DNA of 63,917 nucleotides, the filler included, from Reclinomonas americana ATCC 50394 (taxonomy: Eukaryota), in NCBI GenBank assembly GCA_048213135.1. It is 5 parts of one record of this genome, joined end to end, with 100 filler letters (N's around TTAATTAATTAA, not from the genome) between each part and the next. Parts side by side here need not be neighbours in the genome. Positions count along the whole stretch, not along the records: positions 1 to 18,995 come from PS015551.1; positions 19,096 to 38,151 come from PS015551.1; 3 more parts are not named here. One strand, 5' to 3'. How positions within the stretch are numbered: position 1 is the first letter of the stretch; each line of letters starts with the position of its first letter. Below the pieces are notes generated by a model. That model saw nothing but the letters and a program-made list of their open reading frames with translations, had not been told where the DNA came from and did no database searches. A program made the position numbers and the translations under genes. Positions 13,741 to 25,906 of the stretch are shown here, piece after piece.

Positions 13741-15429
13741 CTATTCTTCACCCATCACCACCGCCCGGAGCACCTCCATGCATCCGACCGCCGCCAGTCG
13801 CTGGTATTCCTCCTCTGAGATGGCGAACATGGAGCCGAGGAAGGCCATGGCGTTGCAGCCGAAACCAAAGGCCTCTTCGCGCTCACGAGGAATGACGAGA
13901 AGGTACTCTTTCGTCAGCAGAATATTGTACGACGGTGCGCCGTGATCAAAGTCCACTTCGATCGGCTCGTCTTCCTCGTCACGCGATTCGCCAGAGTCTG
14001 CGGGGCGTCTGCACATCAAAAAACAGTTGCAAGGAAACGGCTTGCTTGGCAGACACAAGACGCAACGGCGAGCGGTGGGGTACACAGCGAGGCGTTCGAC
14101 TCGCTTGTGGAAGCGCTTACCGCCCTCCTCTAGCCCCAACACATGCAACTCGGCCTTCAGCAGCTTGTGCAGCGCACCTGCATAGCGCATCGTCACCGCG
14201 GCATACTCTTCGCTGTTCGTCTCGCACGCCAGCACCTCGGCAGAGTAGGAGCCGATGAGGTCGGTGACATCCAACAGCAGGTGGCGGAACTTGAGCGCCG
14301 GGCAGTGCAACACGCGCGAGTGCGGCGGTCGCCACCGCGGCGACGCCACCAACCCATCCACCCCATCCGAATCGCCATCCGAATCCGAACCGGACCCGGA
14401 CGCACTGCCCGCTCCACGCGCCACACGATGCTGCCGCACAGCCTCGCAGATGAACACATGCAACGGGAACGTCGAGTGATCCAGCGGAACCATTTGCAAG
14501 TGTCGATGCGGTTGACTATGTGGCATTGGAAAGATTCATCGGTTCGCATATTTTCTGCATGCATCATCTCGACATCAAAAACAACAAGCGTACGAACCTC
14601 GGTCCCGCCTCCACGCCCTTGTTGTAAAAGATGAGCACATCGTTCGGCACGCCCTCATCGTACGCATATCGTGCAAGCGCGCTGGCAACAAAAACTTTCT
14701 TCAGCAAAAAAAAACAAAAGGGAATATGCAATCGCCTGCGAGTGACAGGGCACCTGATAGACGCCGCCGTGTCATTGACCGACAGTGGAGCACACTGCAA
14801 CTCAAACTGTCGCGTAGTGATCAGCACGTGATAGGGCACCACATTGAACTTGTTCAGCACAAGCGTGTGGTCCGGGAACGCCTCCTGCGCACACAAGTCA
14901 ACAGAGAGACAACCACTGAGAGAGAGGGAGGGAGAGAGAGGCACTCAACTTCCTCCACTGTGAGCTCGGGGTCTGGAGGGAGGAACGGATCATACACTGC
15001 GCGTCGCTCTTCCACGAGAAGCCCATCGGAGGCGGGAGAACTTTGTGTGTGTGTGTGTCAGACAGAGAGAGTGAGAGAGTGAGAGTAGACACTCACACAC
15101 AATGCACTCTCACCCGTGTCGCGTGACATCGTGCTGGCGATCCAAGTTGCTTGTCTTGCGTGGTCGCTGCGTGGCCACAGACACATTCCACTGTGCGCAA
15201 CAGTGTGCGTGTGTGTGAGAGAGTGTGTGTCTGTGTCTCTGTGTGTGTCTCTGCTCACCTCCACGCCATCTTGCGACAAGACGCGACGCTCACACGGAAG
15301 AGTGCACAGTGCACCAGTGCTCAACGCATGCTCTGCAACCTCACGCACTTGACACGCACAAAGGCATCAGTGAGAACATACTGTCTGAGTGAGTGAGCGT
15401 GAGTGAGCGCACGCACCTCGCTTCCACAT
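13741..15429 (-). CDS. ATP adenylyltransferase / Ap4A phosphorylase (Apa1/Apa2 family)
   Basis: MWKRVREVAEHALSTGAL, YDPFLPPDPEL, HTLVLNKFNVVPYHVLITTRQFELQ, FYNKGVEAGPSQPHRHLQ (HxHxQ), SYNILLTKEYLLVIPR and NAMAFLGSM. Confidence 0.9.
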
Positions 15430-15490
15430 GAGCGAGTAGAGTGAGACAACTTCGCACCTTGTCCTCTCATAGAGTGTTTCTCTCACAAAC

Positions 15491-15840
15491 ATGGCGACTG
15501 CATCACCTCCACCTCCGCTGTTTGTGACTGCGGGAGTGGTGTGGGGCTCGCCCACTACCCTGCACTCACAGTTTGATGTGCTCTTTGTTGGCCGCGCAGA
15601 GTTCATTGTTGCGTTTCTCACACACACACACTCTCTCTCTCTTTCTTGCATGCACTTATGCTCTCTCTCTCTCTGTGTGCAGGCATATGGTCGTGGTCGC
15701 TCTGTGCTCGTCTTCTGTGATGGCTTTCATCGGTGGACGCTGGAGGGACACGATGAACCAGTCACGTGTGTGGCCTGGTGCGGATCAGGAAAGGTGCGGA
15801 ACACACACACATACACACACACACATACACACACACACAT

Positions 15841-15877
<37 letters not shown>

Positions 15878-18800
15878 CTCACTCATTGCATGCACGCATG
15901 CGCATCAGATGATTGCATCGGGATCGCAAGGTCGCGTGGTCATTCACAAACTGGGAGCCAATGGAGCGGTGTGTGTCTCCCTCCCTCCCTCCCTCACTCT
16001 CTCATAAACACACCACTGATTCCCTGCGCATTCCACTCCTCTCCCTCAGTGGCTGGTGGATGCGGTGCTGATGCTGAACGAGGAGGAGGTGACATCGCTC
16101 TCGTGGAGTCTGGAAGGCACGAATCTGGTGGTGGGCGGCTCGGCGCTGTCGCTGTGGCGTGCCAGAGAGTCCATGCAGCAGGTAAGCACAGTGCGTGTGG
16201 AGAGAGAGAGAGCAATGCTCACTCGTTGGCGTAGGCGGAGGACGATGAAGCCGACAATGGCCTCGCGTACCGGCGAGTCTGGCGCGCCGACAGCGCATCG
16301 CGGATCCTCAAGGTCGCCTACTCGCCCGACGATCGCTACTTTGTGTCGATTGCGGAGAACTCGCGCATTGCGCGTCTGTGGTACCTCAGTCAAGACGGTA
16401 TGCGGGATGCATTCCATGCTCCTAGATTCGCCAGAAATCTCACTTTCGTTTCTCCCAGCCTTCATGTTGGACGTGTTCCTCACGCATCCGCGCGCCGTGA
16501 CAAGCGTCAGCTGGAAACTGGACGAGTTGTCGGACTCGCACAAGTTGCGCTGCATCCGTGCTTCCCCACCGCAGAGAACCTGCTCAATTCTCGTGTGATG
16601 ATGATTCCAGATGGCGACCTGCCTCACTGGTGACCGCTTGCCTCGACGGCACTGTGCGTGTGTGGTGCGAGTCTGGCAAGAGCGAAGATATGCTGTTCTT
16701 TGTCACTTGCGCCTTCCGCTCGAGTTCCGAAGTCGGTCGGCACGTGTCGTCCGTGGGCTTTTTGCACAGTCTCGAGGCATTGCGGTGCATTTGAGGAATC
16801 GCATGTCTCTCTCTTTGTTTCTAGTGGATACTCATGTGAACGAAACAGGTCTGCGCGTCGCACATCGCGACTCGATCAAGTGGACGGCGGTCATGCCACG
16901 GCCTCCACCACGTTGCTCTCCAACGTCAAGGGTTGGTAGTCATCTCATTTTTCCTTTGTGTGCTCTCCGCTCCACCCCTCATTCCTCCTCTCCGCAGTGG
17001 CCGAATCGCCGGTGTGCTGGCTGTACGCGGTGGATGACCGCGGAACCTTCTCGATCCACATTATCGATGGGCTGTCGGACCGCCCGCGTCGGACACCGAA
17101 AGAGATGCTCTGGATGCGCATGGTGCGTGTGTGTGCACACGCACTTCACGCGCTACTACTGTCCTCACCATTCTCTTTTCTTTCCTTCATAGCCGGAGGC
17201 CTTTGACCGCGGTCTGGCATGCTCCACGGGCTTTATGGCGCGCCTGTCGGCCAAGACCGCCGCCACCGAGGTCATCTTGTACGCCACAGAACCGCGCGGC
17301 TTGCTGAAACAGTATCGCTTGCTGACGGACAGCGCCAAGGATGCGCCCAACTCGTTTCGTCACTCGTCTCTCACCTCACGCCACCGCCGTCCTCGTGTAG
17401 GAGGTACTCACGATGCGTCGCAGTGGCACGTCGGAGCTGTCGACGCAGCGCATCCATGCCGGCACGGTGGCGCATCCCCGTCGCATCCACGTGCATCGAC
17501 TGGAACGCGTGTGTGCCATCATCTCGAAGCACGAGGCCATCATTGCGCACGTTCGCCAACTCAAGGTTACTCGCCACTCCTTTTTCGTCGTGACGCCCGC
17601 ACTCATCGACCTCCGTCGCGCAGTTCGGCACCGCCGGCAACCTCATCAGCATCATTCAGAGCATTGGACGACTGACCTCGTCGACATTCTGCTGGACTCC
17701 GCGCCTGGTCACCTTCCTGGCCGTCGTGCAAGATGCAATCACTCTCTTCCAGATCCACGCTCCGGAGAAAGACGGCATTGATCCCACGTCGCCGCAACAG
17801 AATGTGGTACTGCCCATCATGGCGATCCGTGAGTCGGCCGGCATGCGCATCGAGCACGTGCACTCGTTTGTGCGGTACAACGGTCTCACACTGTGTGTCT
17901 TCTCCCGAGCTCGTCTTCTTGCTGCTCATACTCTTTCCGTCTCGCAGCGCCGGATACGCAGTTGGTAGTGGTGGCCACCGGCGGCGACGACTCGTGTGAG
18001 GTGTACTGCTGGGTTCTGGACATGGAGGCTGGTGCGTTTGCTGTCGCCCTTTTCCCCCTTAATGGGAATCTCATGATGCGCGCGGCATGCAGATGGAGAC
18101 CAGCGTGTGGTGCTGGAGTCGTCAGTGTACCTCGAGTCGCCGATTCTGTCGATTGATGGCATTGGCGAGAACCGCGTGTGTGTTGGATGCAAGGACGGCA
18201 AGGTGCGCTTCCTGCAGGCGAACGGACCTGGCGATTTTGCGCAAGTGGGCGACATGCAGATTGGTCACGGCCCGGTGGTCGTCGTCAATGTTTTCGAGGC
18301 ATTCATCTGCATCGGTAGGCAGGCGGGGTGTGGTGTTGAAAGTCGATTGACATCAGTGCTCACTGCACTTGCTACACAGTGTGCGACGATCGTCACGACA
18401 CTGTGCAAGTGTGGGAGTTCGAGTCCGAATATCCCACCTTGCGCAAGTCGTGGGAGCTGTCAGTCGGGTGCGCACACCGTGGAGCCATGCGCGCTTCACT
18501 TGGGGAATTCGTGTGCTCACTCCTTTTGATGTCGCTCGTCACAGTGGGGAGATTTTCCGCAGCGAGGGTCGCATGTCGCCTGGCGGTTCGGTGCAGATTT
18601 TGGTGGCCCACTCTGGTGGAGTGACGCTCGCCGAGCTCGATCGCGGCCAGTGGCTCGTCTCGGCAACGCTACCGACGTTGAGTTTGTCTGCTGCTCCAGC
18701 ATATCATGTGGGTCTGCGTCTCACCCTCCCTGTACCTGCTCAGCGAGTACGCCGCATTGTGCGTGTCGGCGCTCCCCTCTTCGCACTTTATCATGAGTAC

Positions 18801-18995
18801 CGCAGATCGTGTGTCTGTGAAGATGTGCACTGTCGATCGAGAGTACAGTTTCGTCGCCGCAACCATGTTCTGCTGCTGTCAGGAATGACTCAACTCGGTG
18901 CCATTCACAGACGCTGGCCTTCCCACCTACCATCCTCGTCTCCTCACCGAGTACCTCATGGAGGGCGCATTTGCGCGTGTCGGCAAGGTCTCGTC
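15491..18995 (+). CDS. DmX-like / rabconnectin-3alpha / Rav1 WD40 protein, 5' part (truncated by gap)
   Basis: FIAYGRGRSVLVF, VAYSPDDRYFVS, FLTHPRAVTSVSWK and LVTACLDGTVRVW follow the order of the DMXL N-terminal propeller motifs. Confidence 0.75.
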
Positions 18996-19039
18996 NNNNN
19001 NNNNNNNNNNNNNNNNNNNNNNNNNNNNNNNNNNNNNNN

Positions 19040-19051
19040 TTAATTAATTAA
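19040..19051. other. Artificial six-frame-stop spacer TTAATTAATTAA in an N run (also at 38196, 44031, 53383)
   Basis: Identical 12-mer centred in N runs four times; marks assembly joins of unknown gap size. Confidence 0.95.
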
Positions 19052-19115
19052 NNNNNNNNNNNNNNNNNNNNNNNNNNNNNNNNNNNNNNNNNNNNGGTAC
19101 GGTACGGTCGTCGTC

Positions 19116-19173
<58 letters not shown>

Positions 19174-19209
19174 TCTGGTTGCACGACGAACTCACTTGCT
19201 GACCGGCAG

Positions 19210-20991
19210 GCCGCCGACTTCCTGCGCACGCTGCTGCAAGTGGATCCGGTATGCCGCCCAACGGCGGCCGAGGCCCTGGAGCATCCGTGGATGCGTCGCC
19301 CGAATTTGCTCATCATGTCCGGCTACTTTCGTGCCAAGGTGCGAACCGCAGGCTCTGGCTTTACCTGTTCCACTCGTCCTCATTGATTTCATGTGCCAGG
19401 AGGAGGAGGAGGACTCGATGGTCGTCGATCCATTGCACTGGGAGGGCTCGGCATCGATGAGCGCGTCGATGATGAGCAGCTACTCGATGACCATTTCACG
19501 GACGCGCGTGAATTCCGCCGACCTGCCGCCTCTGGTGCGAGAGGGAGACGACGAGGAGGCGCAGCCGTTCTTTGACGACGAAGAGCCAATGAGACCAGCC
19601 GAGGTGCGCGCACAGTGTCATGTAGTTGGCCTTGTTTTACCTCTCAATAATTTGGATTGTGGTGTGCGCAGGAGGCAGAGAGATCGCTGTTGGTGTCGGT
19701 TCGTACGCATTTGCTCACATCATGCAGCGTCTTCTGGTGACGCTAACTCACTGCGATGGCGTGTTTGCAGATCGCGGCCGTGGATGACGAGGCGTGCTTC
19801 TATTCTGCGTCGGTTGCGGATCTGCCACTGGTTTCGCTTGCCAAGGTCTGTGTGTTTGTGCGTGTCCTCCTTGTCTTCTTTCCCTCCTGAATCGCTTCAC
19901 GTTGCAGCCACCTGCGATGCGGTCACCGGCAGCCGCACAGCCTGTGCCCGTGGGAGGAGGGGCTTCCCGACCCATTCTGTCACCCACTCTCTCGGACGAA
20001 GAGGAAGTGGAGGAAAGAGCAGACAGAGTATCGCAACAACAGCAGGCGACAGCGCCAACCGCCACAGCCATCGCAGTTCCAGTGCCCGCCGCCACAGGCG
20101 CCGCTCACTCGGCCACCGACGACCGCGCTCTCACCACCACCGAGTCCTTCTTCGTGTACGACCCGACCATGATGCAGGTACCGCTGGTGCAACTAGGAGG
20201 TGCTGCTGGCGCCGGCGAGGACAGTGGTGTCGATCTGTCGTCGACAACATCACTCGTGGATGTGCCGCCGCGGACACCAAGCAAGGTGCGTGCGGTGTTG
20301 TCCGAGACAACTTGTGCCTGAAGTTGTCGTCTGAAACGGCGGAACGCGTGTTTTCTCTGATTCATCCTCGCAGGCGGGCACTGGTGGAGCGCTGAAAATG
20401 GCCTTTGTGGACGAAGATGAGTGCGACATGTCGGTAATGTCGGGTTCCCTGCAGGAGCTGTCGATGTTTGCGGCCGAGCCGGTGCCGGCCTTTTTCCCCC
20501 GCCCACCTCCGCCGCCAAGCGACAGCGAGCACGTTGTCGGCGGAGCCTCTGCGGCGGCTGCCGCAGTCCCCGACGCTCCGCGGGTGGGCATCGTGTACGC
20601 TGCGCCCTCTCCAGTCGTTGCGCGCCTCGCTGTGCTCAGACACGACGATCTCCGCTCCCCTCACTCTTGTTTCGTGTGTGTGCAGGCGAGCTCCGCCAAG
20701 TTGATCAATCTGACAGGAGACTCGAAGAAGTCACGGCGCGCGCTGGATCTGGTGGAAGACGAGCACATGGCACTGTCCATGTCGCCCGACCGACGTGCGA
20801 TGTTCGCAGACGACAGCGTCGAGGACGGCGCTTTCGCGCGCTGCAATCTCGGCTCCAGCCCGCCGACGGACGCTCGCGATCTGGGACTGGAGCCAGACGA
20901 TGCATTCGTGTTCGAGTCGGTGCTGTCGAGGAGGCAGTTGCAGCAAGACGCAACAGCCGTCGCAGCGACCGCGGTGTCCTCGGCACAATGA
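19210..20991 (+). CDS. Ser/Thr protein kinase, 3' part (subdomain XI + long low-complexity tail)
   Basis: The exon after CAG at 19209 reads AADFLRTLLQVDPVCRPTAAEALEHPWM. Further GT-AG exons run to TGA at 20989-20991. The 5' part is lost in the gap. Confidence 0.7.
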
Positions 20992-21043
20992 AAACAACGA
21001 AAAAAGAGTGTTCGATCGTCAGACAACTGTGTGTGGGAGCGTA

Positions 21044-21742
21044 ATGCTCGTCCACGCCCTCCGACGCGCTCTCCCCACACTGTGCACCACCGTTCGACGC
21101 CGATCAGCCACCGTCCTGTCATCCTCGTCATCGCCCGTCGCATCCGATCCGACAATGAACACCGCCGCTCACCTCGACCTCCTCTCACGCGCCCAGTGGC
21201 GCACCTGGCTGCAGGCCAACCACTCCACCTCCACCGGCATCTGGGCGATCTTCCCCAAGAAAACCTGCGTCCGACCCGGCGAGATCACCTACGACGATCT
21301 CATCGAGGAGGCGCTGTGCTTTGGGTGGATCGACAGTCGCCCCGGCAAGGTCGACGATCGCCGCACAAAGCTGTACCTGTGCCCGCGCAAGAGCAACGGA
21401 CGGAGCGGATGGGCGGCGACCAACAAGGCCCGCGTGGAGCGACTTCGCGCCGAGGGTCTCATGACGGATGCCGGTGAGCGCGTCATACAGCGAGCGATCG
21501 CCGATGGATCGTGGGCGCTGCTGGACAGCAGTGAAGCGGCGCAGGAGCCCGACGATCTGCGACACGCGTTGAGCGTAGAGTTCCCGGGCGCGTTGCAGCA
21601 CTGGGAGGCCTTCCCGCGCGGAGTCCGCAAAGCAATTCTGCAGTGGATTGCGTTGGCGGTGAAGGCGGAGACGAGGAGAGCACGCGTGCAGCAGACGGCG
21701 CAATTGGCGCAGCAGAACATCCGCGCCAATCAGTACCAGAAG
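21044..21742 (+). CDS. YdeI/OmpD-associated (OmdA) family domain with a mitochondrial-like presequence; intronless exon
   Basis: WRTWLQANH..GIW..KK..ITYDDLIEEALCFGWIDS..PRK..WAATNKARVERLRAEGLMTDAG..WIALAVKAETRRARV. The N-terminus MLVHALRRALPTLCTTVRRRSATVLSS is Arg/Ser-rich and lacks acidic residues. Confidence 0.85.
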
Positions 21743-21825
21743 GTGGGCGGGGGAAGTCGACATCGAGCTCGAGTGAGTCGATATCGACCTCATTTTTCTT
21801 TTTGTGTGTGTTTGAGTGAGCGCAG

Positions 21826-24065
21826 GCAAGCATGGACGTGGACGAGGTGAGCAACAGTGTGTGCGCGAGTCAGAGAGCACTGTTCTCACTCTTGTGCACA
21901 GACAAAGAAGAAGACTGGGCGCAAGCGTGTGGCCGAGCAAGACGAAGAAGAAGAGGAGGATGATTCTCCTCAACAGAAGCGCCCTCGTGCTGCGGTCAGT
22001 GTTTGTGTGTGTATGTGTATGCATAGTGTGCGTGTCATGCATCTCATCTGCTCTCCTTGTGCAGAAGCGAGGCAAGAAGGTTGCGGAGTGCAGGAGGGAG
22101 AGAGATGCGTGTGTCAAGTGACTCTCATTGTGCTGTGTGTGTGTGCGCGCACGCAGGCTGCTGCTGCGGCAGAGTCGGAGGACGACGAGGAAGAGGAGGA
22201 GGAGGAGGCAGTGAAGAAGCGCAAGGTGTTGTTGATGCGTTTCGTGTGTTGTCTCTTGTCGGAAAAATGTGACACTCTCTGCAGGCCGGCAAGCGAGCTG
22301 CAAAGCAGGGCAAGCGCGCCAAGGTACAATGTGTGCGTTTTGTAGTGCTGCTCTTGTGCTTTGCTGAGCGATTGTGTCGCAGGCGGCTGCCTCCTCGGAC
22401 GACGACGACGACGATGAAGACTATGCAGAAAAGGGCAAGCGAGGCAAGCGGGGTGCCAAGGTGCCTGTGTACGCGCATGCACTCTTCTTGCCGGCGTGAC
22501 TGACAAAGATGCAGGCCGACGGTGACGAGGTGATGGCCAAACCGGCGGGGAAGCGTGGCAAGCGTGGAGCGGCCAAAAAGAAGCAAGAGGAGGAGGAGGA
22601 TGAGAGTGGCGGTGACGACGACGACGAAGATGACGCGGGACCCAGCTCCGGTCGTGCGGTCAGCTCGTCGTGCAAGGCGGATCTGCAGTGGAAGGAGGTG
22701 GCCGACATTCCCACCAAGTGGGAGGATCTCATCCGCGCTCCGCTGTCGCCCAAGCAGATGAAGAAACTGCGGCCGACTGTGCGTTTGGCGACCCAGCCAG
22801 CTCATCTCCGCATTTGTTGTTGACGGCTGATTGTGTCTCCTGTCGGCAGATCTACACGCGACCCGCCCGCGATTTCATGCTTCCAGTGCCTTCGTTTGAC
22901 AAGTTGCGTGCGTGCTGCCGGTTGTGGTGCGTATGTTTCACTGAAAGTGGAATGTGTGCGCGTGTGTACAGGGACTCGGAACTGAAGAGTTTCGGCTTGC
23001 TGTTGCTCCCCGTCCTGCTGCATGTGCCACTCACTCACCCCTCGTCACCAACAGTCATCACCTACAATGTCAACTCGTTGCGCGGCATGATGGTGTGTGC
23101 CTCGCGGTCTCCTGTTTGTGTTTCGAGTCACTCACCTGCACCCGCAGACCAAGCGAAAGGCCGAGTTCCTGGAGCTGGTGGCGGAGGAGGATCCAGGTTG
23201 GGTGGTGGTGTGGTCGCTCGCCGCAAGTGTATGCGCGGTCGTTGTTCTCATGGTTGCTGCCACCGCAGACATTTTGTGCCTGCAAGAGACCAAGTTGAAA
23301 ACTGGCGATGTCACCCAAGAATTGCGCAACCTGCTCCCTGGTTACACGTCGTTGCGTGCTGCGCCTGCTTTCTTCAAACCAACCACACGCGATGGCGGGT
23401 CTGATCGTCGTACAGGTACTGGAGCTGCAGCACGACGACGCTCGGTTACGCGGGCACAGCGTTGCGTCTCGCACTGTCCGTGTGTTGCCTCCCGTGCTAT
23501 CGACTCATCGCCGTGCTGCCAGTGTGTTCACCCGCATCAATCCGCAGCACGTTTCGTACTCGTTCAAGTCTAAGCACGACGGGGAAGGGCGTTTCATTCA
23601 CCTCGAATTCGGCGGCTTCCATCTCATGTTGCGTCTTGTTTCTGAGCGTGACCACACCTCCCATCTGTCTCTCACTGCGTCCGCATTCGCCGACAGCAAT
23701 ACCTACGGTGCGGCGCACAGCTCCACCGCCCTCTGTTGCCTCACCACGCACTCATGTTCCCTCTCTCTCTCTCGATTGCAGTGCCGAACGCGGGTCAGGG
23801 CCTCAAACGCCTCCACTACCGCGTCAATTCGTGGGACCCAGACCTGTTTGACTTTATGAAGGAGCTCGACAAGACCAAGCCCGTCGTGTGGACCGGTGAT
23901 CTCAACGTTTCGTAATTTCTCTTCCCCACTCTTCGTCTCCTTCTCCTTCTTTCTCTCCTGTGCGGGCGCTGTAGATGTGTAGCTTCGGTCTTCCTCACAG
24001 CGTGTGGTTTGACGACGCTGCAGGTGGCTCACACAGAGATTGACATTTTCTCGCCGGAAACCAAC
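21826..24065 (+). CDS. AP endonuclease 1 / exonuclease III family with K/R- and D/E-rich N-terminal extension (3' end in gap)
   Basis: Spliced motifs [64 protein letters not shown] and [18 protein letters not shown]. Confidence 0.92.
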
Positions 24066-24740
24066 GTTTCGTGCTGTTTCTCTTTGTCAGCCAAGTTATG
24101 CGTCANNNNNNNNNNNNNNNNNNNNNNNNNNNNNNNNNNNNNNNNNNNNNNNNNNNNNNNNNNNNNNNNNNNNNNNNNNNNNNNNNNNNNNNNNNNNNNN
24201 NNNNNNNNNNNNNNNNNNNNNNNNNNNNNNNNNNNNNNNNNNNNNNNNNNNNNNNNNNNNNNNNNNNNNNNNNNNNNNNNNNNNNNNNNNNNNNNNNNNN
24301 NNNNNNNNNNNNNNNNNNNNNNNNNNNNNNNNNNNNNNNNNNNNNNNNNNNNNNNNNNNNNNNNNNNNNNNNNNNNNNNNNNNNNNNNNNNNNNNNNNNN
24401 NNNNNNNNNNNNNNNNNNNNNNNNNNNNNNNNNNNNNNNNNNNNNNNNNNNNNNNNNNNNNNNNNNNNNNNNNNNNNNNNNNNNNNNNNNNNNNNNNNNN
24501 NNNNNNNNNNNNNNNNNNNNNNNNNNNNNNNNNNNNNNNNNNNNNNNNNNNNNNNNNNNNNNNNNNNNNNNNNNNNNNNNNNNNNNNNNNNNNNNNNNNN
24601 NNNNNNNNNNNNNNNNNNNNNNNNNNNNNNNNNNNNNNNNNNNNNNNNNNNNNNNNNNNNNNNNNNNNNNNNNNNNNNNNNNNNNNNNNNNNNNNNNNNN
24701 NNNNNNNNNNNNNNNNNNNNNNNNNNNNNNNNNNNNNNNN

Positions 24741-25705
24741 CAGCAGCAGCAGCCGCCGCTGCCGCCGCCTGCTGTTCTCGCAGATACTCCTCGATTAGTG
24801 CATCCTCCTGCGCCTCCACCGCTGCCTTCTTGTCCAGGTACTCCTTCCAGATGCGCCGGCGGCGGCCAAAGATCTGTGTGTGTGCGAGAGATCCTGCTGA
24901 GGGAGAGGGAAAGAGGGAGTACGAAGGGAATATGAAGGGCAAGGACTACCTCTTCTTCCTCTCTTCACTTCTCTCGCATTCTCTTCATGCTCCTTCTGCT
25001 CCTCTCTCTTCTTCCTCTTCTCTTCTTCTTCTTCTCACTGCATTCACTCTTCTCCTCTGGCTGCATTCTTCGTGCGCTGCTTCTCTCTCCCTCTCTTCTC
25101 CTCCTTCTCCTTCTCCCCCTTTCTCTCTCTCACTGCGTGAGATGGTGAGGGAGCGAGGGAGAGAAGGAGTGAGAGGGAAAGAGCTAATGCCTTTCTCTCT
25201 CTCTCTCCCCTCTTCTTCTTCTCACCTCTCTCACCTTGTGACTGCATTCTCTTCGTGCTCTTTCTGCTTCTCCTGCATTCTCTTCATGCTCCTTCTGCCC
25301 CTCTCTCTCTCCCTCTTGCTCCTTCTCTTCTCTTCTTCTTCCTCTTTTCTCTACTCTTCTCTCCCTCTCTCTCTGCCTCTTCCCACGACCTGCATCTGCG
25401 TGGAAGATGCAATCTCCGCGGACTTGCTGATTGATTCACTCACATCAAATGCCGAGTAGAGACCATATCCAAAGCCAACGAAGCTGCCAGCGGCGATAGT
25501 GCCAACTGTGTGTGCAAGTGTGTGTGTGTGTGTGTGTGTGTGAGAATGTGTGAGAGAGAGTGTGTCAAGAGAGAGAGAGATGCGAAACTGCCGAGCTTGA
25601 ACAGAATGCCCGTCTGGACAGCTGCGTTGAGGTGAGTGAGTGAGTAAGAGAGTGAGAGAGAGAGCACAGTGTGCACACGAAACGATCGGGTCCAAAGCGG
25701 CCCAT
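24741..25705 (-). CDS. Small single-TM protein, possibly cytochrome c oxidase subunit COX6C/Cox9/plant COX5C-like
   Basis: Exons 25705-25684, 25621-25589, 25505-25444, optionally 25395-25390, and 24873 downward give MGRFGPDPVQTGILFKLGIGTIAAGSFVGFGYGLYSAFD(MQ)IFGRRRRIWKEYLDKKAAVEAQED. The family call rests on pattern resemblance only. Confidence 0.45.
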
Positions 25706-25906
25706 GGTTGTGCAAGAGAATGAGTGTCCTGCAAAGTCGCAACTTCGCAGGAGTGACAAGCGAGAAAGAGGAGGAAGAACAAGAAGAACTGCAGTTGGTG
25801 AGTGAGGCTGTATTCATGCGTGAGGCTCGACGACGATGAGTGCAAGTGGAATTCAGCGACAACGAAGCGCAGGACATCGTTCTCAACTCTCGTCCGTCAT
25901 TGCGCC

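Noticed and set aside
19040..19051. Recurrent palindromic TTAATTAATTAA
   Set aside because: Always embedded in N runs and has stops in all six frames, so it is an assembly linker, not biological.
15491..20991. Possible DMXL-kinase fusion
   Set aside because: The parts are separated by a spacer of unknown size, and most of DMXL and of the kinase domain are missing.
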